Below are positions 20,060 through 28,324 of a DNA stretch of 64,000 nt, one piece after another. Within the stretch, counting starts at the first letter, position 1. Each line of letters begins with the position of its first letter. The stretch lies in contig JAFXGW010000024.1 in NCBI GenBank assembly GCA_017536685.1, forward strand, positions 1,315 through 65,314, given 5' to 3'. Position numbers and translations under genes: made by a program. The DNA comes from Clostridia bacterium (lineage in GTDB: Bacteria; Bacillota; Clostridia; TANB77; CAG-508). The notes below the pieces were generated by a model. It was not told the origin of the DNA. It ran no database searches and saw only the letters and a list, made by a program, of their open reading frames with translations.

Positions 20060-21217
20060 ATGGAAAAAACTAATGATTATAAATATGTAGATATAATGAA
20101 AGAAGTAGTTCAAGCATATATAAATACAACTGGAAGACTTGATGACGAATTTTTTGAGAGATTTTTTGGAAAAAAAGCACAAGCAGCGTTTTTGTCTGGT
20201 ATGGTTGAAAACAATTCTGTAGAAGATGCCATGATAATGAATGGTTTGGCTGGCGTTGATTGTAGAAAAATTGATTTTTCAAAACTTTCTTTGAAAAATT
20301 ATATGAAAATACCTTTTGATTCTAATACACAATTTCCAGAAGATATAAAACAAGTTTTTAATTCAATATTAGAAAAATCGAAACAATTTGGTTTTGGGTT
20401 AGAAGGATTACTTCAAGAAGGAAAATTATCTGGAGAAGGAATAAATGTTGCTATAATAGATGAAGATGTTGATGTGTCTAATATGGATACTGATGATATA
20501 AACCTTATATATCATGGAGAATCAACAGGACATCATTATCATGGACAAACTGTAAGTAGTTTACTTGCATCTAAATCTTGTGGAGTTGCCAAAGGTGCAA
20601 AAGTTCATTTTTTTCAAAAAACAAAAGAAAAAGATAAACAATTTGAACAAATAATAGAATATAATAAAAATTGTACAAATGAATCTGACAAAATTACGGT
20701 TTTGTCAGGAAGTTGGAGTATAAAAGGTGCTGAATTTGAAAAATGGCAACAAGCTTTAAGAACAGCTGGTTGTGAATTAGTGTGTCAAAATAATTTTGTT
20801 CAAAATTTTACAGAAATAAGTGGTGACGATGTTATTTTAAATATGACAGAGGAAGAAAAAGAGGGATTTTCAGAAGGTATGAGACAAATGATAGAAGCTA
20901 TTGATTTGAGTTCATTAGTAAAAATTCCAATTAATAGAACATATCATCAATATAAAGATGAAGGTTTTAAATATCAAGCTTCTTATAGTAATAGTTGGGG
21001 AATACCTCAAGTAGCAGGTTTGTTAGCGTTATATAAAGCTAAAGATAAAAGTTTAACATTTGAAGATTTTTGTGGTCTATGTAGAGAAACTGCAAGTGAA
21101 AAAGGAGTAATAAATCCAGTTGGCATTTATGAAGAAGTAGAAAAAAGATTAGAAAGAGCAAAGCAAAATGAAAATCAATGTGTTAAGAAAATTGATATAG
21201 AAGATGATGGTAGATAA
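20060..21217 (+). CDS. Subtilisin-like (S8) serine peptidase, no signal peptide
   Basis: Start is the ATG at 20060 behind AAGGAG. The Asp/His/Ser regions are GINVAIIDEDVD, HHYHGQTVSSLLA and SNSWGIPQVAGLLALY. Confidence 0.7.
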   Translation: MEKTNDYKYVDIMKEVVQAYINTTGRLDDEFFERFFGKKAQAAFLSGMVENNSVEDAMIMNGLAGVDCRKIDFSKLSLKNYMKIPFDSNTQFPEDIKQVFNSILEKSKQFGFGLEGLLQEGKLSGEGINVAIIDEDVDVSNMDTDDINLIYHGESTGHHYHGQTVSSLLASKSCGVAKGAKVHFFQKTKEKDKQFEQIIEYNKNCTNESDKITVLSGSWSIKGAEFEKWQQALRTAGCELVCQNNFVQNFTEISGDDVILNMTEEEKEGFSEGMRQMIEAIDLSSLVKIPINRTYHQYKDEGFKYQASYSNSWGIPQVAGLLALYKAKDKSLTFEDFCGLCRETASEKGVINPVGIYEEVEKRLERAKQNENQCVKKIDIEDDGR

Positions 21218-21829
21218 ATGGATATTTTAACTTTAAAATCAAAAGTGAAATTGGGATGTAATTTATGTGATAAATGCTGCATTTATAGAGGGGATATAAG
21301 ACTGTTACCAATTAATGTTTGGAGAATAAGCAAATATTTAAATATATCTGTAACGGAGTTTTTAGACAAATATACGGATAGACCGAAAAAAAGTAAATTA
21401 GAATTAGTTTTGAAAACAACTGGAGAGCTTAAACAATGTATTTTATATGATGACCAAGAAAAAAAATGTGGAATTCACTCTGTTAAACCACTTCAATGCG
21501 TAATGTTTCCGTTAGTTCCAGAAAACTTAAAAAGAGATTATTTCGTAGATTCTGGTCAGTGCAGATTAGAAGATGCTAAAGAGATAACGGTAAATGAATG
21601 GGTTAATGGGAATAATAAAATTTATAGTAAGAATAAAAAGATTTGTATGGAGTGGATTCTGTTTATAGAATGGGCTCAAATGAAAATAAATGAATTTTCA
21701 GAAATAGAAATAGATGAGTTATATAAGATACTATTTGAGAATTATAATCCTAGAAAATGGAATATTATAAGGCAAATGAAAAAGAATATGTGGGAAGCAG
21801 AGAAATTTATAAAAGAAAATCTTAAGTAA
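21218..21829 (+). CDS. YkgJ-family cysteine-cluster protein (CxxCxxCC)
   Basis: 203 aa with GCNLCDKCCIYRG near the N-terminus and further Cys residues (CGIHSVKPLQC). The ATG abuts the peptidase stop (TAAATG). Confidence 0.7.
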   Translation: MDILTLKSKVKLGCNLCDKCCIYRGDIRLLPINVWRISKYLNISVTEFLDKYTDRPKKSKLELVLKTTGELKQCILYDDQEKKCGIHSVKPLQCVMFPLVPENLKRDYFVDSGQCRLEDAKEITVNEWVNGNNKIYSKNKKICMEWILFIEWAQMKINEFSEIEIDELYKILFENYNPRKWNIIRQMKKNMWEAEKFIKENLK

Positions 21830-21875
21830 AATCTAAATAATTGACAAAAACAATAATTGATAGTAAAATAAAAGT

Positions 21876-21964
21876 AAGAAATGGAGAAACCACAAACGTG
21901 GTTGCCACGAATATGTTTAACAACACATTGCTCGGGAAAGCTTAAATGTGTTGTTTTTATTTTT
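21876..21964 (+). ncRNA. Candidate small RNA (possible type I antitoxin), or only the YkgJ terminator region
   Basis: Promoter TTGACA 21841-21846, 17 nt, TAAAAT 21864-21869. There is a hairpin at 21888-21903 and a terminator stem 21919-21929/21945-21955 plus T-run. It converges on the 3' end of the small peptide gene. Confidence 0.35.
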
Positions 21965-22070
21965 GTAGTTCTTTATTAACCCAGTTATTAAAAATAATTG
22001 TTAACAAGGCTACATTTATGGATATAGATATTGTAAGTCCTATAATAAGGAATATTAAAATGTTCACCAT
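21957..22070 (-). CDS. 37-aa hydrophobic peptide (type I toxin-like)
   Basis: MVNILIFLIIGLTISISINVALLTIIFNNWVNKELQK. Strong SD GTGAGGTGG at 22084-22076, 5 nt before the ATG at 22070. This is the internal start of the 60-aa track ORF 21957..22139. Confidence 0.5.
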   Translation of the reverse strand: MVNILIFLIIGLTISISINVALLTIIFNNWVNKELQK

Positions 22071-22212
22071 AAACACCACCTCACTTTCTAGAAGATGTCT
22101 TCTGTATGTAAAGTGGCAACACACTCTGCTTATTCTCATTTCTTACTTGAAGAAAGATATATCACATTAAATAATTAATTACAACAAGGTTTTTTTATAA
22201 AATAAATTTTCA

Positions 22213-22243
22213 TAAAAAAAGAAATCCATTTTATGGATTTCTT
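22213..22243 (-). terminator. Intrinsic terminator after the dnaC-like gene
   Basis: AGAAATCCAT/ATGGATTTCT stem (22220-22242), followed on the minus strand by a T7 run. Confidence 0.85.
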
Positions 22244-22249
22244 TTACTT

Positions 22250-23272
22250 TTATGCTTCTTTTTTGGCTTTTTTAAATCTTAAATCATCTCCAAAAAATCT
22301 TAAGAAACGGTAGTTTCCAGCTAAACGAGAGCCGATTCTTGTGGTATATGTTTTAAATAATTCATCTACATTTAAGTTTGTAGAAATTATAGTTTTTGTT
22401 ATTTTGTGATTTTGATTTAAAAGTCTTGTATTTATTATTGTAAATAATTCAGTAACTTTAGAATCTGTGATTTTTTCTGTTCCTAAATCATCTATTATAA
22501 GTAAATCTACATTTAGAATGTTTTCATATAAATCAAATCTAGCGTTTTCTCTACCAAATTTTGCATCGTTTATTTCATCAAACATTACTGGGGCTGTTTG
22601 GTAAAGAACTGTTTTTCCAAGTTTTAACATTTCATTTGCGATACAGTTTGTCAAAAATGTTTTCCCAACACCAGTGTTACCTGTAAAAATTAAGTTTTTC
22701 TCTTCCGGGTCATCAAAATTTTCAATAAAAGATTTTACTTTTTCACGAATTATTTGCATGTTCTCACGTGGAGATAAATCAGATTTATAAAGAGCTTTAT
22801 CAGGCTTATCAGAAAAGATTCTTATATTAAAACTTGAAAAATTTTCTCTTTCTAAATTTCCCATGTTTGATTTATTGTAAGCGATATCAAATATTCTTTG
22901 TTTTAAACATGAACACATTACAAGTTTGCCATCTTTTTGAACATATCCTGTATCTTTACACAATTTGCAGTCAAAATGTGGATTTAAGTAGTTATTTTCT
23001 TTAGAAAGATTTTTTATAAAATCATTTTTTTCTTTTATAAGGCTATTATTTTTCTTTTTTAAACTAGCAAGTAAAGAGGCTTTTTCTTTAGAATCAGATA
23101 CAAGAATTGCTTTAGAAGTTTGGATTGAATTTAAAGTTAACTCTTTGTCTATTTCTTGAAGGCGTGGGTTAACACTCATTAAATCCTTTTTTCTTTCTTC
23201 AGCAGCTTGAACAGCTCTGGTTCTTTTTTCATCATATTCTTTTAAAACTTGCTTTAATAAAGAATTGTCCAT
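22250..23272 (-). CDS. DnaC/DnaI-family helicase loader ATPase
   Basis: 340 aa with a Cys4 segment (CKLCKDTGYV...CSCLKQ), Walker A GNTGVGKTFL and Walker B LLIIDDLG. Confidence 0.85.
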   Translation of the reverse strand: MDNSLLKQVLKEYDEKRTRAVQAAEERKKDLMSVNPRLQEIDKELTLNSIQTSKAILVSDSKEKASLLASLKKKNNSLIKEKNDFIKNLSKENNYLNPHFDCKLCKDTGYVQKDGKLVMCSCLKQRIFDIAYNKSNMGNLERENFSSFNIRIFSDKPDKALYKSDLSPRENMQIIREKVKSFIENFDDPEEKNLIFTGNTGVGKTFLTNCIANEMLKLGKTVLYQTAPVMFDEINDAKFGRENARFDLYENILNVDLLIIDDLGTEKITDSKVTELFTIINTRLLNQNHKITKTIISTNLNVDELFKTYTTRIGSRLAGNYRFLRFFGDDLRFKKAKKEA

Positions 23273-23320
23273 TTATTATTATATCCTTGAATATGTATTT
23301 AGGTTTTAAAAACCTATAAA

Positions 23321-24274
23321 TTAATTATCATATAATGATTCTAAATTATCAAAAGTACTTTGGGTATATTCGAAAGCAACTTTTTCTATTTGTTTTGTTT
23401 TCTTTTCTTTATCTTTTAAAGATGTTAAATAAGTGTTTACTTCATCAACAGAATGTAAGTCTTTATTGTGCCAATCTGTAAGAAGTGTGTCTATATAATC
23501 AAATCTTACTTTATTATTTGAAGAAGCTTTTTTTAGAGCAATTTCAATTACATCCATTGGGTATCCATAATTTTCAGTCCATTTTACAATATCTTCTTCT
23601 TCATAAGTTGTTAGTTTTCTATATAAATTTAATTTTTTAGAAATTTCATTATTAATACTTCCGCGTTTTTCTTGCTTTTCAAAATAAGCATCTAAGTCAT
23701 TAAATGTTTTTATATTATTTTTACTCCAAGCATCTGCTGTTGCTTGGACATAATTTCTATGTAAAGCTCTTTTATCATAGGCATAATTAAAAAGTGCAAG
23801 CATAACTTGTTCATCAAAACCATATTTGTTAAACCAAAGATCGATATCATTATACCAAGATGGAGACATAACTCCTTGGAAAAATTGTGAATTAATATTT
23901 TCAATAGCTTTTGCTCTATATTGGCTTTGTGCACTCTTAATAGCATCTTCTGGTGAAGATGTTACTTTTGGTGAGTATAATTTTGTTATTTCTATTTCTT
24001 GAATATCGGCTAGAGTATAGCCATCAGTTTTCTTAACTAAAAGACCTTTTTCTTCCCAGTACTTGATTGCATCTTGAACTGTTGGGAAATCTAAGGCTAG
24101 TGTTTTTGATAAGTCATTTATTTTGATTTCTTTATTATATTTAGACAAAAAAAGCATATAGAAATATACTTTGATAAAATTACCATTTGCTTCAGGTAAA
24201 TATTCTGTAAAAAACATATCTGGTATCTCTGTACTAGAAAATAGAAGAGATTTCTCGTTTTGAGACAATTTCAT
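23321..24274 (-). CDS. DnaD-domain replication initiation/primosome protein
   Basis: 317 aa with an N-terminal winged-helix-like part and a C-terminal DnaB_2/DnaD repeat pattern (WSKNNIKTFNDLDAYF; LTDWHNKDLHSVDEV). Paired with the loader gene. Confidence 0.75.
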   Translation of the reverse strand: MKLSQNEKSLLFSSTEIPDMFFTEYLPEANGNFIKVYFYMLFLSKYNKEIKINDLSKTLALDFPTVQDAIKYWEEKGLLVKKTDGYTLADIQEIEITKLYSPKVTSSPEDAIKSAQSQYRAKAIENINSQFFQGVMSPSWYNDIDLWFNKYGFDEQVMLALFNYAYDKRALHRNYVQATADAWSKNNIKTFNDLDAYFEKQEKRGSINNEISKKLNLYRKLTTYEEEDIVKWTENYGYPMDVIEIALKKASSNNKVRFDYIDTLLTDWHNKDLHSVDEVNTYLTSLKDKEKKTKQIEKVAFEYTQSTFDNLESLYDN

Positions 24275-24285
24275 ATCAAAAACCC

Positions 24286-24330
24286 CTTTTCAAACTTTAA
24301 ATATTATCTTCTTTAGTACAGTTTGAAAAG
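24286..24330 (-). terminator. Hairpin between the VirB3-like gene and the dnaD-like start (possible read-through insulator)
   Basis: Perfect 11-bp arms CTTTTCAAACT (24286-24296) and AGTTTGAAAAG (24320-24330). On the minus strand the hairpin is followed by GGGGTTTTTGAT and the dnaD-like ATG. The 3' arm overlaps the SD. Confidence 0.5.
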
Positions 24331-24359
24331 ATTATATCATTTTAAAGTAGGAATTACAA
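24331..24359 (-). promoter_or_regulatory. Extended -10 sigma-A promoter of the dnaD-like/dnaC-like unit
   Basis: On the minus strand: TTGTAA (24359-24354), a 17-nt spacer, then TGaTATAAT (24339-24331). The predicted TSS falls inside the 5' arm of the hairpin. Confidence 0.6.
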
Positions 24360-24369
24360 CAACAAAATT

Positions 24370-24711
24370 TTATTTTATAAAATGAGTTTTTTTAAAGAAT
24401 TTGATATTATTTTTGTTCTCAATATTAGAATTTCTAGCATATAAATAGACATTTTGATTTTTGATAAACTTAAAGATGTAGCGAAATACTGTGAGAAAGC
24501 TTTCTTTATTAATTCCTAAAATGCTAATTAATAAAATTGGTAAAAATAAAGATATAAAAACATAGATTTTTATATTTACATTTGTAAAAGCAAAATTAAC
24601 AAATGTATAAATTAAAAATCCGATAACGGCATCTAAAATTGCAGTAGAATACTCAATAAAACCGAATAATTTGGGGTTAAAATTATAATTTTTTGGAAAT
24701 ATAAAATGCAT
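24370..24711 (-). CDS. PrgI/VirB3-like small T4SS membrane protein
   Basis: Likely start is the internal ATG at 24711 (MHFIFPKNYNF...), 14 nt after the upstream stop. A two-TM hairpin is present (AILDAVIGFLIYTFVNFAF; IYVFISLFLPILLISILGI). It sits after the VirB6-like gene. Confidence 0.55.
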   Translation of the reverse strand: MHFIFPKNYNFNPKLFGFIEYSTAILDAVIGFLIYTFVNFAFTNVNIKIYVFISLFLPILLISILGINKESFLTVFRYIFKFIKNQNVYLYARNSNIENKNNIKFFKKTHFIK

Positions 24712-24724
24712 AAAATTTTCCTTT

Positions 24725-25594
24725 CTATTTTTCGTAAATTCCAGACAAATTGTTGTGAACAACTGTAGAAATTCCGCCGAAAAGTTCTTTCATATAATGA
24801 TTTACTTTACTTAAGGCGAAGATTATGCCAATATATAAAAGTTTTGAAAATAAAGGGTTTGAAGATGGCGAGATGGAAAAAGAGAGCAGTAAAACAAGGG
24901 CTGTTAAAATTTGTACTAAAAGAAGAGAAACAAAATTTTTTAGCCAAATTTTAAAAAACCATTCTGAAGAATTTGTTATGAGACTTAGAAATGCAAAAGG
25001 TGAAATGAGTACAAAAATTTGAATCATGATATATCTTAAAGAATTATTGAAAATTAAATTTATTAATCCAAATGATGTGAAAGATTTTACTATTCCATCA
25101 AAAGAGAATAAATTAAAATCACCAGATAAATAAAGAGTTCTATTTATATCATCAATAAATTCCGAAAAACTTAAATTTGAATAAAAAAGAGTATAGCATA
25201 AATGTGAAAGACCATCTGTTATTATAGAAATAAGATTTATAATTTGCTCGCAAATCCAAAGAGAAGAATTCATAATTGCTATAAAAATTATGGATTTAAA
25301 AACAAATTGTTTTGGGGAGTCTATTCTAGAATAAGTTAAATGCGAAATTAAATAATTTATAGAATAGTAAAGAATAAAACCGAAGACTAAACTATTGCAA
25401 ATTAGTAAAATTCCATTATTACTGGAAGTTCCAATAATTTTTTTAAAAGAAGTATTATTAAGAATGTCTGGTGTTATAAAAGTAATGTCGTCCAATAAAG
25501 AATAAATTGTATTATCTATAGACGAAAAAAGTTTTGAAAACAATTCGTTTAAACTGCTAAAAATAATATCTGTTAAATTAATATTTTTTTCCAT
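24725..25594 (-). CDS. VirB6/TrbL-like polytopic T4SS membrane protein
   Basis: 289 aa with at least 6 predicted TM helices, located between the pilin-like and VirB3-like genes. Confidence 0.55.
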   Translation of the reverse strand: MEKNINLTDIIFSSLNELFSKLFSSIDNTIYSLLDDITFITPDILNNTSFKKIIGTSSNNGILLICNSLVFGFILYYSINYLISHLTYSRIDSPKQFVFKSIIFIAIMNSSLWICEQIINLISIITDGLSHLCYTLFYSNLSFSEFIDDINRTLYLSGDFNLFSFDGIVKSFTSFGLINLIFNNSLRYIMIQIFVLISPFAFLSLITNSSEWFFKIWLKNFVSLLLVQILTALVLLLSFSISPSSNPLFSKLLYIGIIFALSKVNHYMKELFGGISTVVHNNLSGIYEK

Positions 25595-25612
25595 AATTAA
25601 TCCAATCTAAAT

Positions 25613-25942
25613 TTAAGTTAGTAAAGTTTGGAAAAGAGAAAGAATTAAATCGATACATAGAATAAATCCATAGGAAAATAAACTTCCTCGTATTAATTTG
25701 TTTGCTGTACGAATTTTTTCTTCATCTCCAAAACTGAACTTTTTCATAAGTACACCAGTTCCAACTGCTACAGCAGCTGCAGGTGTTGATATCTTAATAA
25801 TATAATCTTCTATTTTTTCGAATGCATTATCTAAAGTTGTAACAAGCTTTGGATCAGCAGCCCAAACGCTAGTATTAAAACTCGAAATAAATAGAATAGA
25901 TAACATACAAGTATATAAAAATCTGAATTTTGTATTTTTCAT
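25613..25942 (-). CDS. VirB2/TrbC-like T4SS pilin-type protein
   Basis: 109 aa with a signal peptide ending VWA/ADP, followed by two hydrophobic helices separated by a short charged loop, which is the typical pilin topology. Confidence 0.5.
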   Translation of the reverse strand: MKNTKFRFLYTCMLSILFISSFNTSVWAADPKLVTTLDNAFEKIEDYIIKISTPAAAVAVGTGVLMKKFSFGDEEKIRTANKLIRGSLFSYGFILCIDLILSLFQTLLT

Positions 25943-25947
25943 TAAAA

Positions 25948-27659
25948 TTAATCCTTTCTGTTAATTTCATTTTTATAATAAGGTATCATTTGTAATTTTG
26001 TTGGTTTTAATATTTTTAAGCCATTGGAAATAAATGCTAAGCAATTAAAAGTTTCTAGGCTTTGTGAAAAATAATTAGTATCATATATATAATCATTTTG
26101 GGTATATTTGTTATAACTTTCTGAAATATTGGAATCCCTAGATATTAAATTATTTGTTATTAGATTTAATTTTGTTTCTTTGGCATTTTCAGAAATTGTT
26201 GTAGAAATCTTTTCTTTTTCTTCTTTTCCAATTTGTTTTTGTGCTTCTTCTATCGTGAAAATATCATCAGTTCGAAACCACAATTTGTTTATAAGATTTT
26301 GTAAAATTACTTTTGTTGCAGAATCGTCTTTAATTGCATTTTTTATAGATGTATAGCTTTGAGTTGCAAGGATATTTATACATTTTGCTTCTCTATTTTG
26401 TGCAAAAAAATCAGCATCTGTTGTGGTTACATATTCATGAAATTCATCACTGATAAATGCAGATCTTCTAATGCAATTATTTGTTGAAAGTTGGGTGAGG
26501 ACTTCAGTTTGGAAATCGAGTTTTAAATAAGTTGCTATTATTTTTGAAAGATTTTTATATTCAGCAATATTCATATTTAAAATAACAATTTTTCCAAAAT
26601 TTAATGTATCTTTAAATCCTTTGAAAGTTATCTCACTTTCAGGTGGACAAAATGTCTTTGAAACATTATAATCAGAAACAAAAATATTAGTTATTCTACT
26701 AATTTCGGATTTTAAGATTGAAAGTGTTCTAGAATCTAAAGAGAAAAATTCTTTTTCAAAAAAATCTATTGATGTTAATAAATCATAAACTTCTTGATTT
26801 GTATATTTTCCGAGAAGTAAATATTTTTTTGGTAAGAGAGAGTTTTTCTGAATAGTATTCTGGAAACATTATCAATTTATGAATTTCAGAAAAAGAAACA
26901 TATCCGGAGTTATATAATCTACAAAATTTTATAGCTTCAGCAATGATTTGTTCTACTTTATCTAACCAATAAGATTCAGAATTATTTGGACTAAATAAAG
27001 TCAAAATTGTTTTTATTCGATTTGCTAAAACGATTGGCGTTAAGTTAGGCTTGTGCAGGGGATTATATTTATAATTTCCAGATAAATCAATTGAAATGAT
27101 ATCTTTCAATCTTCCTGCTTCTGCAGCAAATTTTACAACTTGATTGAAATAATTTCCTTTTACATCTAATATTAGCATTCCAAGTTTTTCTGATGAATTG
27201 GATGCTTTATAATTTATTAATTGTTTTGTGAAGGGGTACATTGCAGATGAAGTTTTTCCGCTACCAATTGTTCCTGTAATTAAAAGATTTTGATATAGAC
27301 CGTTTTTCCGAAATGAAATAAGGTAAATTGTTTTCCATACCTAAAAACAAAGATAAATCTTCTGAATCAATCGTTAATTTTTCTTTTTTTAATTGTTTTG
27401 ATTTTGGAAATATAGAGTATAGAATACTAAAAAGTTTGTTAAATAATATGAAAAATGAAAAAAAAGATGAGATAAAATAAAGCTTTTTTAATAAATTCCA
27501 AGTTTCTGGGTATACTTTTGCTATATCAAATGGGTGAACTGCGTAAGGAAATATTAAAGAATTTGCTGTGAAAATTGGTTTGAACACATTAAATAATATA
27601 ACAGAGACAATTGAAAAAGAAAGGGCAAGAAATAATAATTTAAAAATAATTTTTTTCAA
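25948..27659 (-). pseudogene. VirD4/TraG-type T4SS coupling protein, broken into three reading frames
   Basis: Fragment 27659..27261 is the N-terminal TM region. Fragment about 27331..26783 carries Walker A ITGTIGSGKTSS. Fragment 26868..25948 carries Walker B FISDEFHEY and ILATQS. The frame-overlap windows are 27261-27331 and 26783-26868. Total length is about 570 aa. Confidence 0.75.
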
Positions 27660-27663
27660 TTTA

Positions 27664-27807
27664 TTAAATGTGCTTTTTCTTGAATCTTAATTTTGAACCT
27701 TGCTCACTTTGAAAGAAAAAGATTTCTATTAAAGAATAAAACCAGTAAATGATTATAAATATATTTAAACCAAAACTTATGAAAAAGAGGGTTAAAAGAT
27801 TATTCAA
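27664..27807 (-). CDS. Small membrane protein (47 aa), first gene of T4SS block B
   Basis: TTG start at 27807 behind strong SD AGAGGTGA (27820-27813): (M)NNLLTLFFISFGLNIFIIIYWFYSLIEIFFFQSEQGSKLRFKKKHI. The longer track ORF (to 27942) would overlap the start of the divergent gene. Confidence 0.45.
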   Translation of the reverse strand: MNNLLTLFFISFGLNIFIIIYWFYSLIEIFFFQSEQGSKLRFKKKHI

Positions 27808-27925
27808 ATAAATCACCTCTTTTTGTGAATTTGTTGTATAATACAATAATTTTTTTAGTTTGTCTATACTTTTTTCAAAATTTATGATAAAATATTTTAA
27901 AATTAAAAAATTAAGGAGGAACAAA

Positions 27926-28108
27926 ATGATAGATAAAAACATGAAAATAGGAGAATTACTTGCACAATATCCAGAAAAAGCAAGTGTATTAGGAGCAGCT
28001 GGAATGGGGTGCTTAGGATGCCCAGCAGCGCAAGCTGAAACATTAGAAGAAGCTTGCCAAGTACATGGAATTGATGTTGAAGAATTATTAGCTGAATTAA
28101 ATAAATAA
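27926..28108 (+). CDS. DUF1858 protein (hybrid-cluster-protein-associated redox disulfide domain)
   Basis: Start is the ATG at 27926 behind AAGGAGGA. Sequence MIDKNMKIGELLAQYPEKASVLGAAGMGCLGCPAAQAETLEEACQVHGIDVEELL matches the family pattern with the CxxC pair. Confidence 0.75.
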   Translation: MIDKNMKIGELLAQYPEKASVLGAAGMGCLGCPAAQAETLEEACQVHGIDVEELLAELNK

Positions 28109-28134
28109 TTTAAATTAAATAGTAAAAATAATAG

Positions 28135-28167
28135 AGACTGTGGTTTTGTAAGACCATAGTCTTTTTT
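28135..28167 (+). terminator. Intrinsic terminator
   Basis: AGACTGTGGT (28135-28144) pairs with ACCATAGTCT (28153-28162), followed by a T6 run. Confidence 0.85.
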
Positions 28168-28324
28168 GGCATATAATAACAGAAAATAATGAAGTGAAAG
28201 TTTTTGAAGAGCCCATATACAAATTTGAAATTATAAGCAAAAAGTAGTATAATGATAATATGGGGACTTTTACATATATATTAGAATAACAACAATTTGG
28301 TAATTACCATAAGAAAGGGATACT

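Larger units (their letters stand above)
24370..27807 (-). mobile_element. Degenerate T4SS (conjugation-type) block B
   Basis: Order is small membrane protein, VirD4-like (frameshifted), VirB2-like, VirB6-like, VirB3-like. It ends 11 nt before the dnaD-like promoter. The VirB4 that normally follows VirB3 lies 7 kb away on the other strand. Confidence 0.55.

Noticed and set aside
21881-21979. 32-codon plus-strand ORF (MEKPQTWLPRICLTTHCSGKLKCVVFIFVVLY) just after the S8 peptidase/YkgJ pair, considered as a Cys-containing RiPP-like precursor.
   Set aside because: It has no SD, the reading frame runs straight through an intrinsic terminator hairpin, and no modification enzyme is recognisable nearby. 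The region is better explained as an sRNA or terminator.
21946-22170. 74-aa plus-strand ORF and the full 60-aa minus-strand ORF 21957..22139.
   Set aside because: The plus ORF starts inside the terminator stem and has no SD. For the minus ORF, only the internal start at 22070 has a strong SD, so the 37-aa version is preferred.
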